Assembly (NCBI GenBank): GCA_017464845.1
Contig: JAFTYD010000010.1
Location: forward strand, 568 to 64,567
Length of the DNA: 64,000 nucleotides
Direction of reading: 5' to 3'
From: Clostridia bacterium
Lineage (GTDB): Bacteria; Bacillota; Clostridia; Christensenellales; UBA1242
In this document: positions 1 through 9,687 of the stretch, piece after piece
Position numbering within the stretch: the first letter of the stretch is position 1
Layout of the letters: each line of letters starts with the position of its first letter
Position numbers and translations under genes: made by a program
Notes under the pieces: generated by a model
The model's input: only the letters and a program-made list of their open reading frames with translations
What the model was told of the DNA's origin: nothing
The model's database searches: none

Positions 1-2740
1 CCAAAATACTTGCTTGATAACCAAAAATTTCATACTCATCAATTGTAAAACTAGCTCCATAATATTGTCTTGATGAAATAGTTTCTCTAGCAGTTTCTCC
101 ATTGTCATAATTATAATAAATATTATATTTATATGCTTTTGGAGAATAAGTAACTGTTCTTATAATATCTTCTGTACCAACAGTACCTGTTATTGTTTCA
201 TTATCTGGTGTATAACCAAAAATTGTTGGACTAACTTCAGTAAAAGTATAATTAAATTCATATTCTTTAATTACAGTTTGACTTGCAGTCGAACCATCTT
301 TATAAACATAATCAATTTTCAAAGTATAAACATTTGGTAAATAAACAACATTAACAGAAACATCTGAAGCTCCCATCACACCACTTATATTACTTTGAGA
401 TTGATCAACTAAATAATATTTTCCTTCAAATACTGGTGAATCTACACTATAATTTCTGTTATAGTAAACTTCACTAGAATGATTTGAATAACTTACTCCT
501 GAAAGATTTTTATTTGAAGAATTTACATAATTGATATTCAATTTATATTTATTTAATGTGTAATAAACATTTACAGTTATTCCACCTTCTTCAACAAAAT
601 CTGTAGCAGTTTCTGTTTGAGTTTTAACAAGTTTTGAATTTGATTTATGCATATACTCTTCTACAGTAGAAAGAGCAGAATCTTGAATTGTATAACCAAC
701 AATATCAGGACTTTTGATTGAACCTATTTTTCCATATTCTACAATTACTGAAGAAGACTTTGTTTCAAGAGAATTGTTTGCTTCTTGGTCAACTTCACCA
801 TTTTCGTCAAGTAAAATATAGTTTGCTCTAAGTTCAAAACTATTCTTAATATAGTTTACTGTTATAGTTTTCATAACAGTAGTTTGATTTAAATCAGGAT
901 CCATAAATCCTTCAATAATTGGAGTTGATGTTTTATAACCTTCAAGAGTATTAAAAATATCAAGTCCATATTCTTTTATAATATCTTTTGCAATAAAACT
1001 ATAATTTGTTTGATAATAAACTAATTTTGATGTTGTACAAAATGCAGTAGAACCATCTTTCATAAAATTCATCATCAATGGATATAAATTTGCTTGCCAC
1101 ACTGCATACAATTGTTTATTTTCTGATGATGAAAATTTTTCGCCGTCAAGCCATAAATTTTTGTTTGCACCTGTAACAACAAATATATCAGAAAGTTCTT
1201 CATCTGTTATTACACCACTATTAGAATTAAGATAACCATTTTCATCTGTAAAACCAACAAAAGTATATCCTGCTCTACTATATTGATTTACTAAAGTAAT
1301 CTCACTATTTTGTTCTGGAGTAAATTCTAAATATGTAGGGCTTATTGTTTTTAAAGTTGTATCATATCTATAAAAAGCATTAGTAAATACTTTTAAGTTT
1401 GGAGTTTGTCCATTCATATACCAAGTATTAGCAAAGTCATAAGCTCCATTATACCAATTACTTGAATTTGAAAGGAATGATTGACTTTGTAAGTTTGATG
1501 CACTTGTTTGAATAGCATTTGTAGAACTATCTGAATTACTACCAGCAGCCCCCATAGCACTTACACCTTTTTCAGAGAAATTACTTTGCTTGATATAATA
1601 TGATTTATTTATTGTAGGTACTTTACCACCAGTATTTCCACCTGCTATGCCACCAAAATATCTATCAGCATCAGTAATTCCTTTTCTATTAGCACTCATT
1701 GTACCTATATTAAAACAATTATTTATTGAAATACAACTATTTGTTCCAATATGTCCAATTATTCCACCTAATTCAGTATAAAGGTAACCTGTTAAACCAT
1801 AGTTTTGATGTCCAAATATTGAACCTGTATTAAAAGTATATTCAATTAAATTTCCATTTGTTGATGAACTACCTTCGTATCCAACTATACCACCAATGGT
1901 TATTACATTTCCACTTCCTTTATTATAACCAGAAACAGCACCACTATTGTAACAATTTGAAATAACTACATTTGTTATTCTTCCAACAAGTCCACCAACA
2001 TGTGAATTAGAGTCTTGCATATTGCTAGAATTACCTTTTGAAATTGTACTAGCATTATATGTATATCTAATATCAGTATTTCTAGCATCACCAACAATAC
2101 CACCCATATCAGTACAAGTTGGAACCATAATTGTTGAAGCACTGCTTACACCACAATTTTGAATTTGTGCTCTATAACTTGAACTTGACCCAATATAACC
2201 AACAAGTCCACCAAATGTTGAAGTTCCAGAAAAAGATATATTATTATAGTGAACTTTTAAATTATATAAACCAGCACTTCTTGAAGTTGAACTTGTAACA
2301 TAACCAAAAAGTCCATCATATGAACCAGTCATTGAAAGTCCTGTAACTGTAATTTGATAACCTTGACCATCAAATATCCCATTAAATGGTTTTGAACTTG
2401 TTCCAATAGGTGCTCCTGAAAAATTTACATTATTATCAAGAACAACTGCATAAGATGAGAAATCTTTTCCATTATTTACTTCATTTCTAAATGATGCAAG
2501 TTGTGAATCTGTTGAAATATGTAACAAAGTCAAATTTTGATAATTATAATTTTTACCACTAATGTTAAGCACACCACCATTTGCATTTAGTGTCACATTA
2601 ACACTTGCAGCATCTGCTGATTTACTTGACACAACCATATTACCAAAGCTAAAAGTAAAAGCAAACACAAGTAACATAAGTGGTAATAAAGTTAATTTAT
2701 ATAACCAGCTAAAATTCTTTGACTTTCTTATATGTATCAT
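1..2740 (-). CDS. Large secreted surface/adhesin-like protein; only the N-terminal ~913 codons are present and the C-terminus runs off the window start
   Basis: The reverse frame is open from the ATG at 2740-2738 (RBS GGAGAAATAA, complement of 2741-2750) down to position 1. It is absent from the ORF track because no stop codon lies inside the window. Translation starts MIHIRKSKNFSWLYKLTLLPLMLLVFAFTFSFG (signal peptide). Repeated GGLVGY/GGIVGD/GGIIGH/GGIAGG motifs (GLUG-like) follow, then ~70-aa MucBP-like repeats (..Y.V.Y.d.dG.......y......GY..). Confidence 0.8.
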   Translation of the reverse strand, partial: MIHIRKSKNFSWLYKLTLLPLMLLVFAFTFSFGNMVVSSKSADAASVNVTLNANGGVLNISGKNYNYQNLTLLHISTDSQLASFRNEVNNGKDFSSYAVVLDNNVNFSGAPIGTSSKPFNGIFDGQGYQITVTGLSMTGSYDGLFGYVTSSTSRSAGLYNLKVHYNNISFSGTSTFGGLVGYIGSSSSYRAQIQNCGVSSASTIMVPTCTDMGGIVGDARNTDIRYTYNASTISKGNSSNMQDSNSHVGGLVGRITNVVISNCYNSGAVSGYNKGSGNVITIGGIVGYEGSSSTNGNLIEYTFNTGSIFGHQNYGLTGYLYTELGGIIGHIGTNSCISINNCFNIGTMSANRKGITDADRYFGGIAGGNTGGKVPTINKSYYIKQSNFSEKGVSAMGAAGSNSDSSTNAIQTSASNLQSQSFLSNSSNWYNGAYDFANTWYMNGQTPNLKVFTNAFYRYDTTLKTISPTYLEFTPEQNSEITLVNQYSRAGYTFVGFTDENGYLNSNSGVITDEELSDIFVVTGANKNLWLDGEKFSSSENKQLYAVWQANLYPLMMNFMKDGSTAFCTTSKLVYYQTNYSFIAKDIIKEYGLDIFNTLEGYKTSTPIIEGFMDPDLNQTTVMKTITVNYIKNSFELRANYILLDENGEVDQEANNSLETKSSSVIVEYGKIGSIKSPDIVGYTIQDSALSTVEEYMHKSNSKLVKTQTETATDFVEEGGITVNVYYTLNKYKLNINYVNSSNKNLSGVSYSNHSSEVYYNRNYSVDSPVFEGKYYLVDQSQSNISGVMGASDVSVNVVYLPNVYTLKIDYVYKDGSTASQTVIKEYEFNYTFTEVSPTIFGYTPDNETITGTVGTEDIIRTVTYSPKAYKYNIYYNYDNGETARETISSRQYYGASFTIDEYEIFGYQASIL

Positions 2741-2945
2741 TTATTTCTCCTTGTTCTTTTTATATTAAAAGAGCTTATTTAAGCTTTTAATTTGAACAAG
2801 ATTAGTTTATATTAATAGTAAAAAATTGTCAATAGAAATTCTTAAAAAACAACTTATTTTTCGGAATTTTTTAATGTCTTTTTGACACTTAATAAAACTT
2901 TTACATTTCGTTAACAAAACTTTAACAATTTATTAAAAACAACAA

Positions 2946-2976
2946 AAAACTTAGACCAAAAAATGATCTAAGTTTT
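2946..2976 (-). terminator. Intrinsic terminator downstream of glyA
   Basis: 10-bp stem AAAACTTAGA/TCTAAGTTTT with an 11-nt loop, starting 9 nt after the glyA stop. It is followed on the - strand by TTGTTGTTTTT. Confidence 0.65.
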
Positions 2977-2984
2977 GTATAATT

Positions 2985-4196
2985 TTAATTATATTTTTCA
3001 GTAAGTTTTCTAACCTTATATGACAAATCATCATAGTCATAATTATCGTTTTTAATAACCTCAGTTATTATTTCAGCAACTACCAAAACATCTTCTTCTT
3101 TGAAACCTCTAGTAGTAATTGCAGGAGTACCAATTCTTATTCCACTTGCAAGATTTGGAGATAGTTTTTCATTAGGAATAGTATTTTTATTTACAACAAT
3201 ATTAAGCTTTGAAAGTTCATCTTCCATGTACTTTCCTGTCTTTCCATATTCAGTCAAATCTAAAAGCAACAAGTGATTATCTGTTCCATTTGTTACCATT
3301 TTTATTCCATGTTCATTAAAATAATTTTCGAATGTCTTTGCATTCTTTATTATTTGTTCACAATATGCCTTAAATTCAGGTTTTAATGCTTCACCAAAGC
3401 AAACTGCTTTACCAGCAATTACATGTTCAAGTGGACCACCTTGAGTACCTGGGAAAACTGCTTTATCAATTTTCTTTGAAAGTTCACTCTTACAAAGAAT
3501 AATTCCACCTCTTGGACCTCTCAATGTTTTATGAGTTGTTGAAGTTACAATATCAGCATAAGGTACTGGAGATGGATGCAAGCCAGTTGCAACAAGTCCA
3601 GCGATATGCGCCATATCAACCATAAAGTAAGCTCCAACTTCTTTTGCTACTTCACTAATTCTCTTAAAATCAATAATTCTTGAATAAGCACTTGCACCTG
3701 CAACGATAAGTTTTGGTTTATATTCAATTGCCATTTGATGTAATTTTTCATAATCAATTCTTTGATCTTCTCCAAGAGGGTAATGAATAAAATTAAAATA
3801 TTTCCCTGATATATTTACACTAGATCCATGAGTTAAATGTCCTCCATCTGGAAGAGCCATTGCAAGAACTGTGTCTCCTGGATTTAATATAGCAAAATAA
3901 GCTGCAAGATTTGCACTTGCTCCACTGTGAGGTTGAACATTTGCGTGTTCAGCACCAAACAATTTTTTAACTCTATCCCTTGCCAAATTTTCAATATCAT
4001 CAACATATTCACAACCACCGTAATAACGATTTCCTGGAACACCTTCAGCATATTTATTTGTAAGAACAGATCCCATAGCTTCCATAACTTCTTCAGAAAC
4101 AACATTCTCACTTGCAATAAGTTCAATTGTATCTTTTTGTCTTAATTCTTCTTTTTTAATAAGTTCATAAATTTCAACATCTTTATCTTTTAACAT
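2985..4196 (-). CDS. glyA: Serine hydroxymethyltransferase
   Basis: 403 aa. Contains [32 protein letters not shown] and the [15 protein letters not shown]-lysine region. Confidence 0.97.
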   Translation of the reverse strand: MLKDKDVEIYELIKKEELRQKDTIELIASENVVSEEVMEAMGSVLTNKYAEGVPGNRYYGGCEYVDDIENLARDRVKKLFGAEHANVQPHSGASANLAAYFAILNPGDTVLAMALPDGGHLTHGSSVNISGKYFNFIHYPLGEDQRIDYEKLHQMAIEYKPKLIVAGASAYSRIIDFKRISEVAKEVGAYFMVDMAHIAGLVATGLHPSPVPYADIVTSTTHKTLRGPRGGIILCKSELSKKIDKAVFPGTQGGPLEHVIAGKAVCFGEALKPEFKAYCEQIIKNAKTFENYFNEHGIKMVTNGTDNHLLLLDLTEYGKTGKYMEDELSKLNIVVNKNTIPNEKLSPNLASGIRIGTPAITTRGFKEEDVLVVAEIITEVIKNDNYDYDDLSYKVRKLTEKYN

Positions 4197-4311
4197 TCAT
4201 TCCCTCCATAATATCTACTTAAGTATAATATAAAAAAGATATTAAAGTAAAGCAAATAAAAATAATATTTATTTATTAAAATTTTCTATTAAATGCAAAA
4301 ATAAAAGAAAA

Positions 4312-4343
4312 AAATAATGATTTATTAATTAAAATCATTATTT
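4312..4343 (-). terminator. Intrinsic terminator overlapping the folD stop
   Basis: 12-bp stem AAATAATGATTT/AAATCATTATTT with an 8-nt loop, followed on the - strand by TTTTTTTCTTTT. Confidence 0.6.
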
Positions 4344-5162
4344 TTGTAATTTTTCTATTGCATTAACTGTTTGCCACAAAAGACAAGCAATCGTCATCGG
4401 CCCAGCTCCTCCTGGAACAGGAGCAACGTAACTTGCTTTTTCATAAGCAGCTTTTTCTATATCTCCAACACAGCCTTTGTTATAACCAACATCAATTATA
4501 ACAGTTCCTTCCCTAAACCAGTCCGCTTTAACATATTCAGGTTTTCCAATTGCAACAATAACAATATCAAAATCTTTTACAATTTCTGGTAAGTTTGTTG
4601 TATGTCTACTAGCAACAGTAACAGTTGCACTTCTATTTAAAAGCATAACTGTAAGAGGCATTCCAACTATTTGACTTTTCCCTACAACTAAAACTTTTTT
4701 TCCAACCAAATCAATATTATATTCTTCAATAAGTTTTATAACACCAAAAGCTGTTGCAGGAACAAAATACTCTCTTTTTTGAGCAATAAAACCAAAGCTT
4801 TGAGCAGACAATCCATCAACATCTTTTTCATAAGGTATAAGATTAAAACAAGCTTGTTCATCAATATGAGCAGGCATTGGATGTTGAATCATAATTCCTG
4901 CAACATTTTCATCTTTTCCTAAAGTGATAACAGTATTTTCAATTTCACTTTGTGTAGCATTTTCATCGAATTTCAAAACTTCACAAGTAAGTCCAATTTC
5001 TTCACACTTCTTCTTTTTCATATTAACATATACTTTTGAAGAATAATCTTCTCCAACTAAAATAATTACAAGTTTTGGTAAAATTTTAAAGTTTTTTATC
5101 TTTTCTTTCAAAATATCTGTCATTTTATTAGACACCATTTTTCCATCTAAAATTGTTGTCAT
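4338..5162 (-). CDS. folD: Bifunctional methylene-THF dehydrogenase / methenyl-THF cyclohydrolase
   Basis: 274 aa. Has the ILDGK start, VG.D..S..YV, a GK..VVVG.S.IVG.P Rossmann segment and a C-terminal PVPGG.GPMT. It lies next to glyA. Confidence 0.93.
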   Translation of the reverse strand: MTTILDGKMVSNKMTDILKEKIKNFKILPKLVIILVGEDYSSKVYVNMKKKKCEEIGLTCEVLKFDENATQSEIENTVITLGKDENVAGIMIQHPMPAHIDEQACFNLIPYEKDVDGLSAQSFGFIAQKREYFVPATAFGVIKLIEEYNIDLVGKKVLVVGKSQIVGMPLTVMLLNRSATVTVASRHTTNLPEIVKDFDIVIVAIGKPEYVKADWFREGTVIIDVGYNKGCVGDIEKAAYEKASYVAPVPGGAGPMTIACLLWQTVNAIEKLQK

Positions 5163-5198
5163 CTTCCCTCCTTTTTATATAAAAAGCATTTTAAAAAT

Positions 5199-5229
5199 AA
5201 AATTCTTTGATATTATACCAAAGAATTTT
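5199..5229 (-). terminator. Hairpin downstream of the 53-aa ORF; a possible folD -10 element lies in its loop
   Basis: 11-bp stem AAAATTCTTTG/CAAAGAATTTT with a 9-nt loop. On the - strand the loop reads GGTATAATAT (TGGTATAAT-like). Confidence 0.5.
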
Positions 5230-5253
5230 TATTATGTAAATAATTTATTGATA

Positions 5254-5415
5254 TTATAATTCACCATTTTGAATTTTTTTGATAATTTCTAATTGACTTA
5301 CACCTTGAGCAAGCAAAGTTTTTATTTTTTCTTGACCTTCTTGCCAAGCCTTAACTTTATCCTCCGGTACTGTAACAATAGAACCATCATAAGCTTCTAG
5401 TTCAAATTTTCTCAC
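5254..5415 (-). CDS. Small hypothetical protein (53 aa), below the ORF-track size cutoff
   Basis: GTG start at 5415 with a GAGGTG RBS 4 nt upstream, 12 nt after the stop of the 5428-6021 gene. Translation: MRKFELEAYDGSIVTVPEDKVKAWQEGQEKIKTLLAQGVSQLEIIKKIQNGEL. The C-terminal part has the look of a helix-turn-helix. A terminator follows. Confidence 0.5.
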   Translation of the reverse strand: MRKFELEAYDGSIVTVPEDKVKAWQEGQEKIKTLLAQGVSQLEIIKKIQNGEL

Positions 5416-5427
5416 TTTGCACCTCAA

Positions 5428-6021
5428 TTATTTTACATTAAATTTTGTATCTTCTTTAATAACATAATTAACAATATTTGTTGTCTTTGAATTTTCTAAA
5501 TTAAGACTATTAAAATCAACACCCTCAATTCCATCAAGAGAAATATCTGACCATTCAAAAGTTGAATATCTTTTTTCAGTAAGATAGTTCATTTCATCTT
5601 CAAGAACATCACTCAAATAATCCTCTACCTTTTTAGGAAATTGAAAATTCCATTTTCTTATTCCACTTAAAATATCAATAACAATTTCATTATCAATAAC
5701 TCCCGCATCTATTTCTTCTGGAGAATAAATTTGATAATATTTCATCAAATAATCCATATATAATTTCTGATATCTTTTCTTGTCAATATTTTTAATAATT
5801 TCATACTTTACTTTCTCAAATGATTGATTTTTTTCATAAAAATGCAATTTTTCGTGCAAATTTACGGAGTCAAGAGAAATATCTGATTCAAGATTTATAT
5901 AAATTGTATTTCCATAACAAAAACCATATTCGCCTTTTACAGCTCTTCTATAAAAAATAGTACTGATACCATTTAATTTGTTCAAACGAGTTATTCTATC
6001 TCTTACAGGATACTTTTTCAT
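5428..6021 (-). CDS. Hypothetical protein with an HExxH motif (putative Zn-metallopeptidase-like, ImmA/SprT-like context)
   Basis: 197 aa. The stretch ..GFCYGNTIYINLESDISLDSVNLHEKLHFY.. has the pattern (G..I.in...HExxH) seen in M78/SprT-like metalloproteases. RBS is AGGAGGAAAGAG. I recognise no firm family. Confidence 0.4.
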   Translation of the reverse strand: MKKYPVRDRITRLNKLNGISTIFYRRAVKGEYGFCYGNTIYINLESDISLDSVNLHEKLHFYEKNQSFEKVKYEIIKNIDKKRYQKLYMDYLMKYYQIYSPEEIDAGVIDNEIVIDILSGIRKWNFQFPKKVEDYLSDVLEDEMNYLTEKRYSTFEWSDISLDGIEGVDFNSLNLENSKTTNIVNYVIKEDTKFNVK

Positions 6022-6061
6022 CTCTTTCCTCCTTTTTTTAAATTGATATATTCGTATTAAT

Positions 6062-6118
6062 TTATCAAAATTACAAATAATATTTATAATACCAAAAATT
6101 TCGATAAATTACAAATAA
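6062..6118 (+). promoter_or_regulatory. Putative tetR-family gene promoter with a 13-nt direct repeat (candidate operator)
   Basis: TATAAT at 6085-6090 with TTATCA 17 nt upstream. A perfect direct repeat AAATTACAAATAA occurs at 6068-6080 and 6106-6118. An imperfect inverted repeat AATTTATCAAAATT / AAATTTCGATAAATT overlaps both copies. Confidence 0.35.
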
Positions 6119-6157
6119 AATTAACCATATTACAATATATTTTGGAAGGAGTAAATT

Positions 6158-6742
6158 ATGCAACAATCAAAAAAAGAAGATTTAAGAATAATTAGAACAA
6201 AAAAACTCTTAAGTTCCACTCTTTTAAATATGTTAGAAACACAATCAATTGAAGATATTTCTATCGTTGATATATGTCAAAAATCTCTGATACATAGAAC
6301 TACTTTTTATTCTCATTTTAAAGATAAATACGATTTATTTAAATACACATTCAATGTACTAAAAAATGAGATAATTGACATCAATTTATTAGAGACAAAA
6401 TCATATGAAAATCTTGTAAAAAATACGTCAGAATGCATATTAAATTATATAGAAAAAAATCATGTAAAAATTTCAAATATTTTAAAAAATAACCATGCAG
6501 AAAAGATTATTTATATAGTAGAAAAAGATATAGAAATTGGAATAAAATATTTAGTTAAAAATTACACAAATCAAACTTTAGAAAATTTAGAAACTCAATC
6601 TATAATAAGTTTTTTAACTGGTGGTATTACAAATTTATTATATTGGTGGACTCAAAATATAGATTATTATTCAAAAGAAGAAATGATAAGAAGTTTGGAA
6701 AATTTAATTTTTAATAACATAAAAATAAAAGAAGATACATAA
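6158..6742 (+). CDS. TetR/AcrR family transcriptional regulator
   Basis: 194 aa. The N-terminal HTH reads IIRTKKLLSSTLLNMLETQSIEDISIVDICQKSLIHRTTFYSHFKDKYDLF. Confidence 0.85.
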   Translation: MQQSKKEDLRIIRTKKLLSSTLLNMLETQSIEDISIVDICQKSLIHRTTFYSHFKDKYDLFKYTFNVLKNEIIDINLLETKSYENLVKNTSECILNYIEKNHVKISNILKNNHAEKIIYIVEKDIEIGIKYLVKNYTNQTLENLETQSIISFLTGGITNLLYWWTQNIDYYSKEEMIRSLENLIFNNIKIKEDT

Positions 6743-6754
6743 AATATCTTCTTT
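6728..6754 (+). terminator. Intrinsic terminator of the TetR gene
   Basis: 10-bp stem AAAGAAGATA/TATCTTCTTT with a 7-nt loop that includes the stop codon, followed by TTTATT. Confidence 0.6.
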
Positions 6755-6792
6755 TTTATTAATTTTTTATTAAAAAAATCGTGTTTTTTTAC

Positions 6793-7734
6793 TTATTTTA
6801 CATAAATATGTAAACCTTTTTCAACAACCTCAAAGTTTATATTAGATTCTTCAAGTTTTTCTCCATCAACATTTAATGTTTGATTTACTTGTAAATTGAA
6901 GTTGGCAACATTAAAATATTGAACATTTTTCTTTCTTTCATATTTTCTTTTCGCCCACTTAACACCAAGTATAAAAAGCTTAGCTACTCTTAAATAATCT
7001 CTTATCCTAATTTTATTTGAACATGGCAACATAACAACATCAATTTTTCCATCATTTATTTCTGCATGTTTGTTCAATTTCATACCAGCAACACTTCTTG
7101 AATTGATGGCAAGAATCAAAGAACATTTTTCCTCAATTGTTACATCTCCTGTTTTGAAAACAATATCAACAGGTCTTTGTTTTTTTAAAGATTTTATTGC
7201 ATCAATTGCATATGCAACTCTACCCCAAAATTTTTTCTTTTTTTGATTTGTCGAATAACTTTGTTGTGTGAATAACCCTGTGCAACAAACATAAACTCCA
7301 TATTTATCATTGTTTATTTTAAAGAAATCATACTCTAATGATTTTCCTTTTACTATAACATCTAATTGTTTATTAATCTTCTTTGGAATTTTTAAAGAAC
7401 TAGCCAAGTCATTAACTGTTCCACAAGGTATAAGTCCTAAATAAGGTCTTATACTAACATCAAATGGAGCAAGTCCTGAAATTACTTCATTTACAGTTCC
7501 ATCTCCACCTGCTGCTACTATTGTATCAACGTAATTTTCATCTTTCTTTTGATTTTGTTCACAAATATCATGAACAATCTTTTTTGCATGACAAGCATAT
7601 TGTGTTGGCATTAAAATAACATCATCATATCTTTCTTTAAGTTTATTAACAACTTTATCTACCTTATTAACAATATACCCTTTCCCACTATTGGGATTAT
7701 ATATAAAAGCACATCTCATTTTATCTTTCTCCAA
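6793..7734 (-). CDS. Diacylglycerol kinase-family lipid kinase (YegS/BmrU type)
   Basis: 313 aa. Contains IYNPNSGKG and AAGGDGTVNEV motifs. Confidence 0.85.
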   Translation of the reverse strand: MEKDKMRCAFIYNPNSGKGYIVNKVDKVVNKLKERYDDVILMPTQYACHAKKIVHDICEQNQKKDENYVDTIVAAGGDGTVNEVISGLAPFDVSIRPYLGLIPCGTVNDLASSLKIPKKINKQLDVIVKGKSLEYDFFKINNDKYGVYVCCTGLFTQQSYSTNQKKKKFWGRVAYAIDAIKSLKKQRPVDIVFKTGDVTIEEKCSLILAINSRSVAGMKLNKHAEINDGKIDVVMLPCSNKIRIRDYLRVAKLFILGVKWAKRKYERKKNVQYFNVANFNLQVNQTLNVDGEKLEESNINFEVVEKGLHIYVK

Positions 7735-7736
7735 AA

Positions 7737-8357
7737 TTAATGCAACTTAGTAAAGTTTGCTTTATTTAAAACTGTATTATTTGTAATATTTACAATTGAT
7801 TTATCAATTTCACCAGATTCAACCATTGAATCTAAAATCTTCTTAACAGCACCCATATCAAGAGCTTCTTTATAACTTCTTTTCATAATAAGAGCAGAAG
7901 TTATGTCAGCAATAGTCAACACTCTATTAGCTTTGCTTAAATCGGTTTCAGTTAAATTATGAGGATACCCCTTTCCATTTAACTTTTCATGATGATGACA
8001 ACAAAGCCCAACTATTTGATCTGAAAATTGTCCTTTTAATATTTCATAAGAATATTCAGGATGTTTTTTCACAATTTCAAATTCGTGTGGTTCTAACTTT
8101 CCATTTTTAAATAATATATTTTTATCTATTTCAACTTTACCTACATCATGCAAAAGTCCTGCAGTATAGATATTCATAAGTTCTTGTTTTGAACTTGAAA
8201 GAGTTGGCATTTCCTTTGCAATCGCTAAAGCAATATTAGCAGTTTCCAAACTATGAATATAAGTTTCTTCACTATATTGTTTTATTAATTCTAAATAATA
8301 ATCAACTTTTTCTCTATATTCTTTATCTATAAAATCATAATAAATATTGTGTTTCAT
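7737..8357 (-). CDS. Stand-alone HD-GYP domain protein (putative cyclic-nucleotide phosphodiesterase)
   Basis: 206 aa. Contains LLHDVGK and HHHEKLNGKGYP (HD...HHExxDGxGYP-like). Confidence 0.8.
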   Translation of the reverse strand: MKHNIYYDFIDKEYREKVDYYLELIKQYSEETYIHSLETANIALAIAKEMPTLSSSKQELMNIYTAGLLHDVGKVEIDKNILFKNGKLEPHEFEIVKKHPEYSYEILKGQFSDQIVGLCCHHHEKLNGKGYPHNLTETDLSKANRVLTIADITSALIMKRSYKEALDMGAVKKILDSMVESGEIDKSIVNITNNTVLNKANFTKLH

Positions 8358-8522
8358 ATTTTATCCTTTTTATATTAAAAATTTTTTACATTTCTTATAA
8401 ATATTAATTAATCTAATCAATACCTACTCTCTATTATACTCTAATTGTTCAACAATTTCAATCATATTATGAATAAAATAATTTATTTTTCAATATTTAC
8501 TATTTTCAACAACAAAAAATAT

Positions 8523-9545
8523 TTATTTTAATTTTATTTGAGTAACTATACACAAACCTCTATTATCATCTGTAATAAAAGAATGTGTTTCTTTTACACT
8601 TCCATCAACATTTACTCCAGATATAAAACTAGAATATATTCCTGATGATCGTAAAAGCCATAATCCTTTTTTGTTTAGTTCATCTTCAAACTTAAAACCT
8701 ACCATTACACCTTTTGCTTTTGCAAAATCAGTTACCTTCAAACTTCTATTCATATCTTTATTATTTGAATCAATATTAAAACCTAATTTATTATTTATGA
8801 CATCTTCAAATGAAAATATGTAAAAATAATCGAAAGTATTTTTTTGTTTTACCCATGGATACAAAGAAGAATATTCAAGTTTCGATGAAGAATTATCAAG
8901 CTCAGATAATTGCAAAATACTTTGTTCATTTTGACTAAAATGATTTTTAAAATCAGAATTTAACCATTCTCTCAAATCACTATATTCCCACGAATTTGCG
9001 TAAATTCCTTTAGGTACATTATTCTTTATATTAAACCACACACTCGTTTGTTCATCATTTATTACTGCGACTTCTCGTACAACATTTTCTTCTGCAATAA
9101 AAGGATAACAATCTAGTAAATTTACCGTTGCTATTGTCACATAATTATTTTTATTATTAATTATTCTCCAAACTATAGGTTCACATTTAAAATAATATTC
9201 ATTATTTTTTTTCACTTGTTCCCCGTTTGAAAACTCTAATGTTTCAAGATATGAATAGTCCTTTGTTTTATATTTTATATATTTTGAACCATCTATATTT
9301 GAAGTATAAAATCCATTTTTATCACTTGTTGATGATAAACTTTTAACTTCTTCTTGTGATGCTATTGTTTGAGGATAATAACCAAAATAAATCAAATCTC
9401 CTTCTATTTTATAACAACTTGAAAAATCTGATATATTTTCTTCTACTTCTTTATCATTATTTAAATTTTCTTCTGTTTTATTTTTACAACCTACACATAT
9501 AAAACATAAACTAATACATAATATAAAAAATATAATTTTTTTCAT
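8523..9545 (-). CDS. Putative lipoprotein (DUF6273-like architecture)
   Basis: I moved the start to the ATG at 9545 (RBS AGGAGGAGAG), giving MKKIIFFILCISLCFICVGC with a lipobox Cys. The internal motifs ..PIVWRIIN.. and ..SDLREWLNSDFKNHFSQNEQ are typical of that family, recalled from memory. Confidence 0.55.
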   Translation of the reverse strand: MKKIIFFILCISLCFICVGCKNKTEENLNNDKEVEENISDFSSCYKIEGDLIYFGYYPQTIASQEEVKSLSSTSDKNGFYTSNIDGSKYIKYKTKDYSYLETLEFSNGEQVKKNNEYYFKCEPIVWRIINNKNNYVTIATVNLLDCYPFIAEENVVREVAVINDEQTSVWFNIKNNVPKGIYANSWEYSDLREWLNSDFKNHFSQNEQSILQLSELDNSSSKLEYSSLYPWVKQKNTFDYFYIFSFEDVINNKLGFNIDSNNKDMNRSLKVTDFAKAKGVMVGFKFEDELNKKGLWLLRSSGIYSSFISGVNVDGSVKETHSFITDDNRGLCIVTQIKLK

Positions 9546-9663
9546 TATACTCTCCTCCTTTTTATTTATCTGCATAAAATAAGAAAATATAATTAAAACA
9601 ATATATTTTGACTATGTATAAATTTATTTAAATCAATAATAATAAATATATATATGAATAAAA

Positions 9664-9687
9664 AAAAGAAGTATTTAAACTTCTTTT
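9664..9687 (-). terminator. Intrinsic terminator after the LtaS-like gene
   Basis: 9-bp stem AAAAGAAGT/ACTTCTTTT with a 6-nt loop, followed by a T-run on the - strand. Confidence 0.65.

Noticed and set aside
2562-2768. Track ORF of 68 aa on the + strand.
   Set aside because: It lies antisense to the signal-peptide and N-terminal region of the long - strand surface-protein ORF (1-2740), which has a strong RBS. The 68-aa product is low-complexity and has no RBS.
3884-4592. Track ORFs 3884-4126 (-), 3927-4145 (+) and 4371-4592 (+) inside glyA and folD.
   Set aside because: They are alternative-frame or antisense ORFs fully embedded in confidently identified conserved genes. This is typical of AT-rich sequence. 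Their products are low-complexity.
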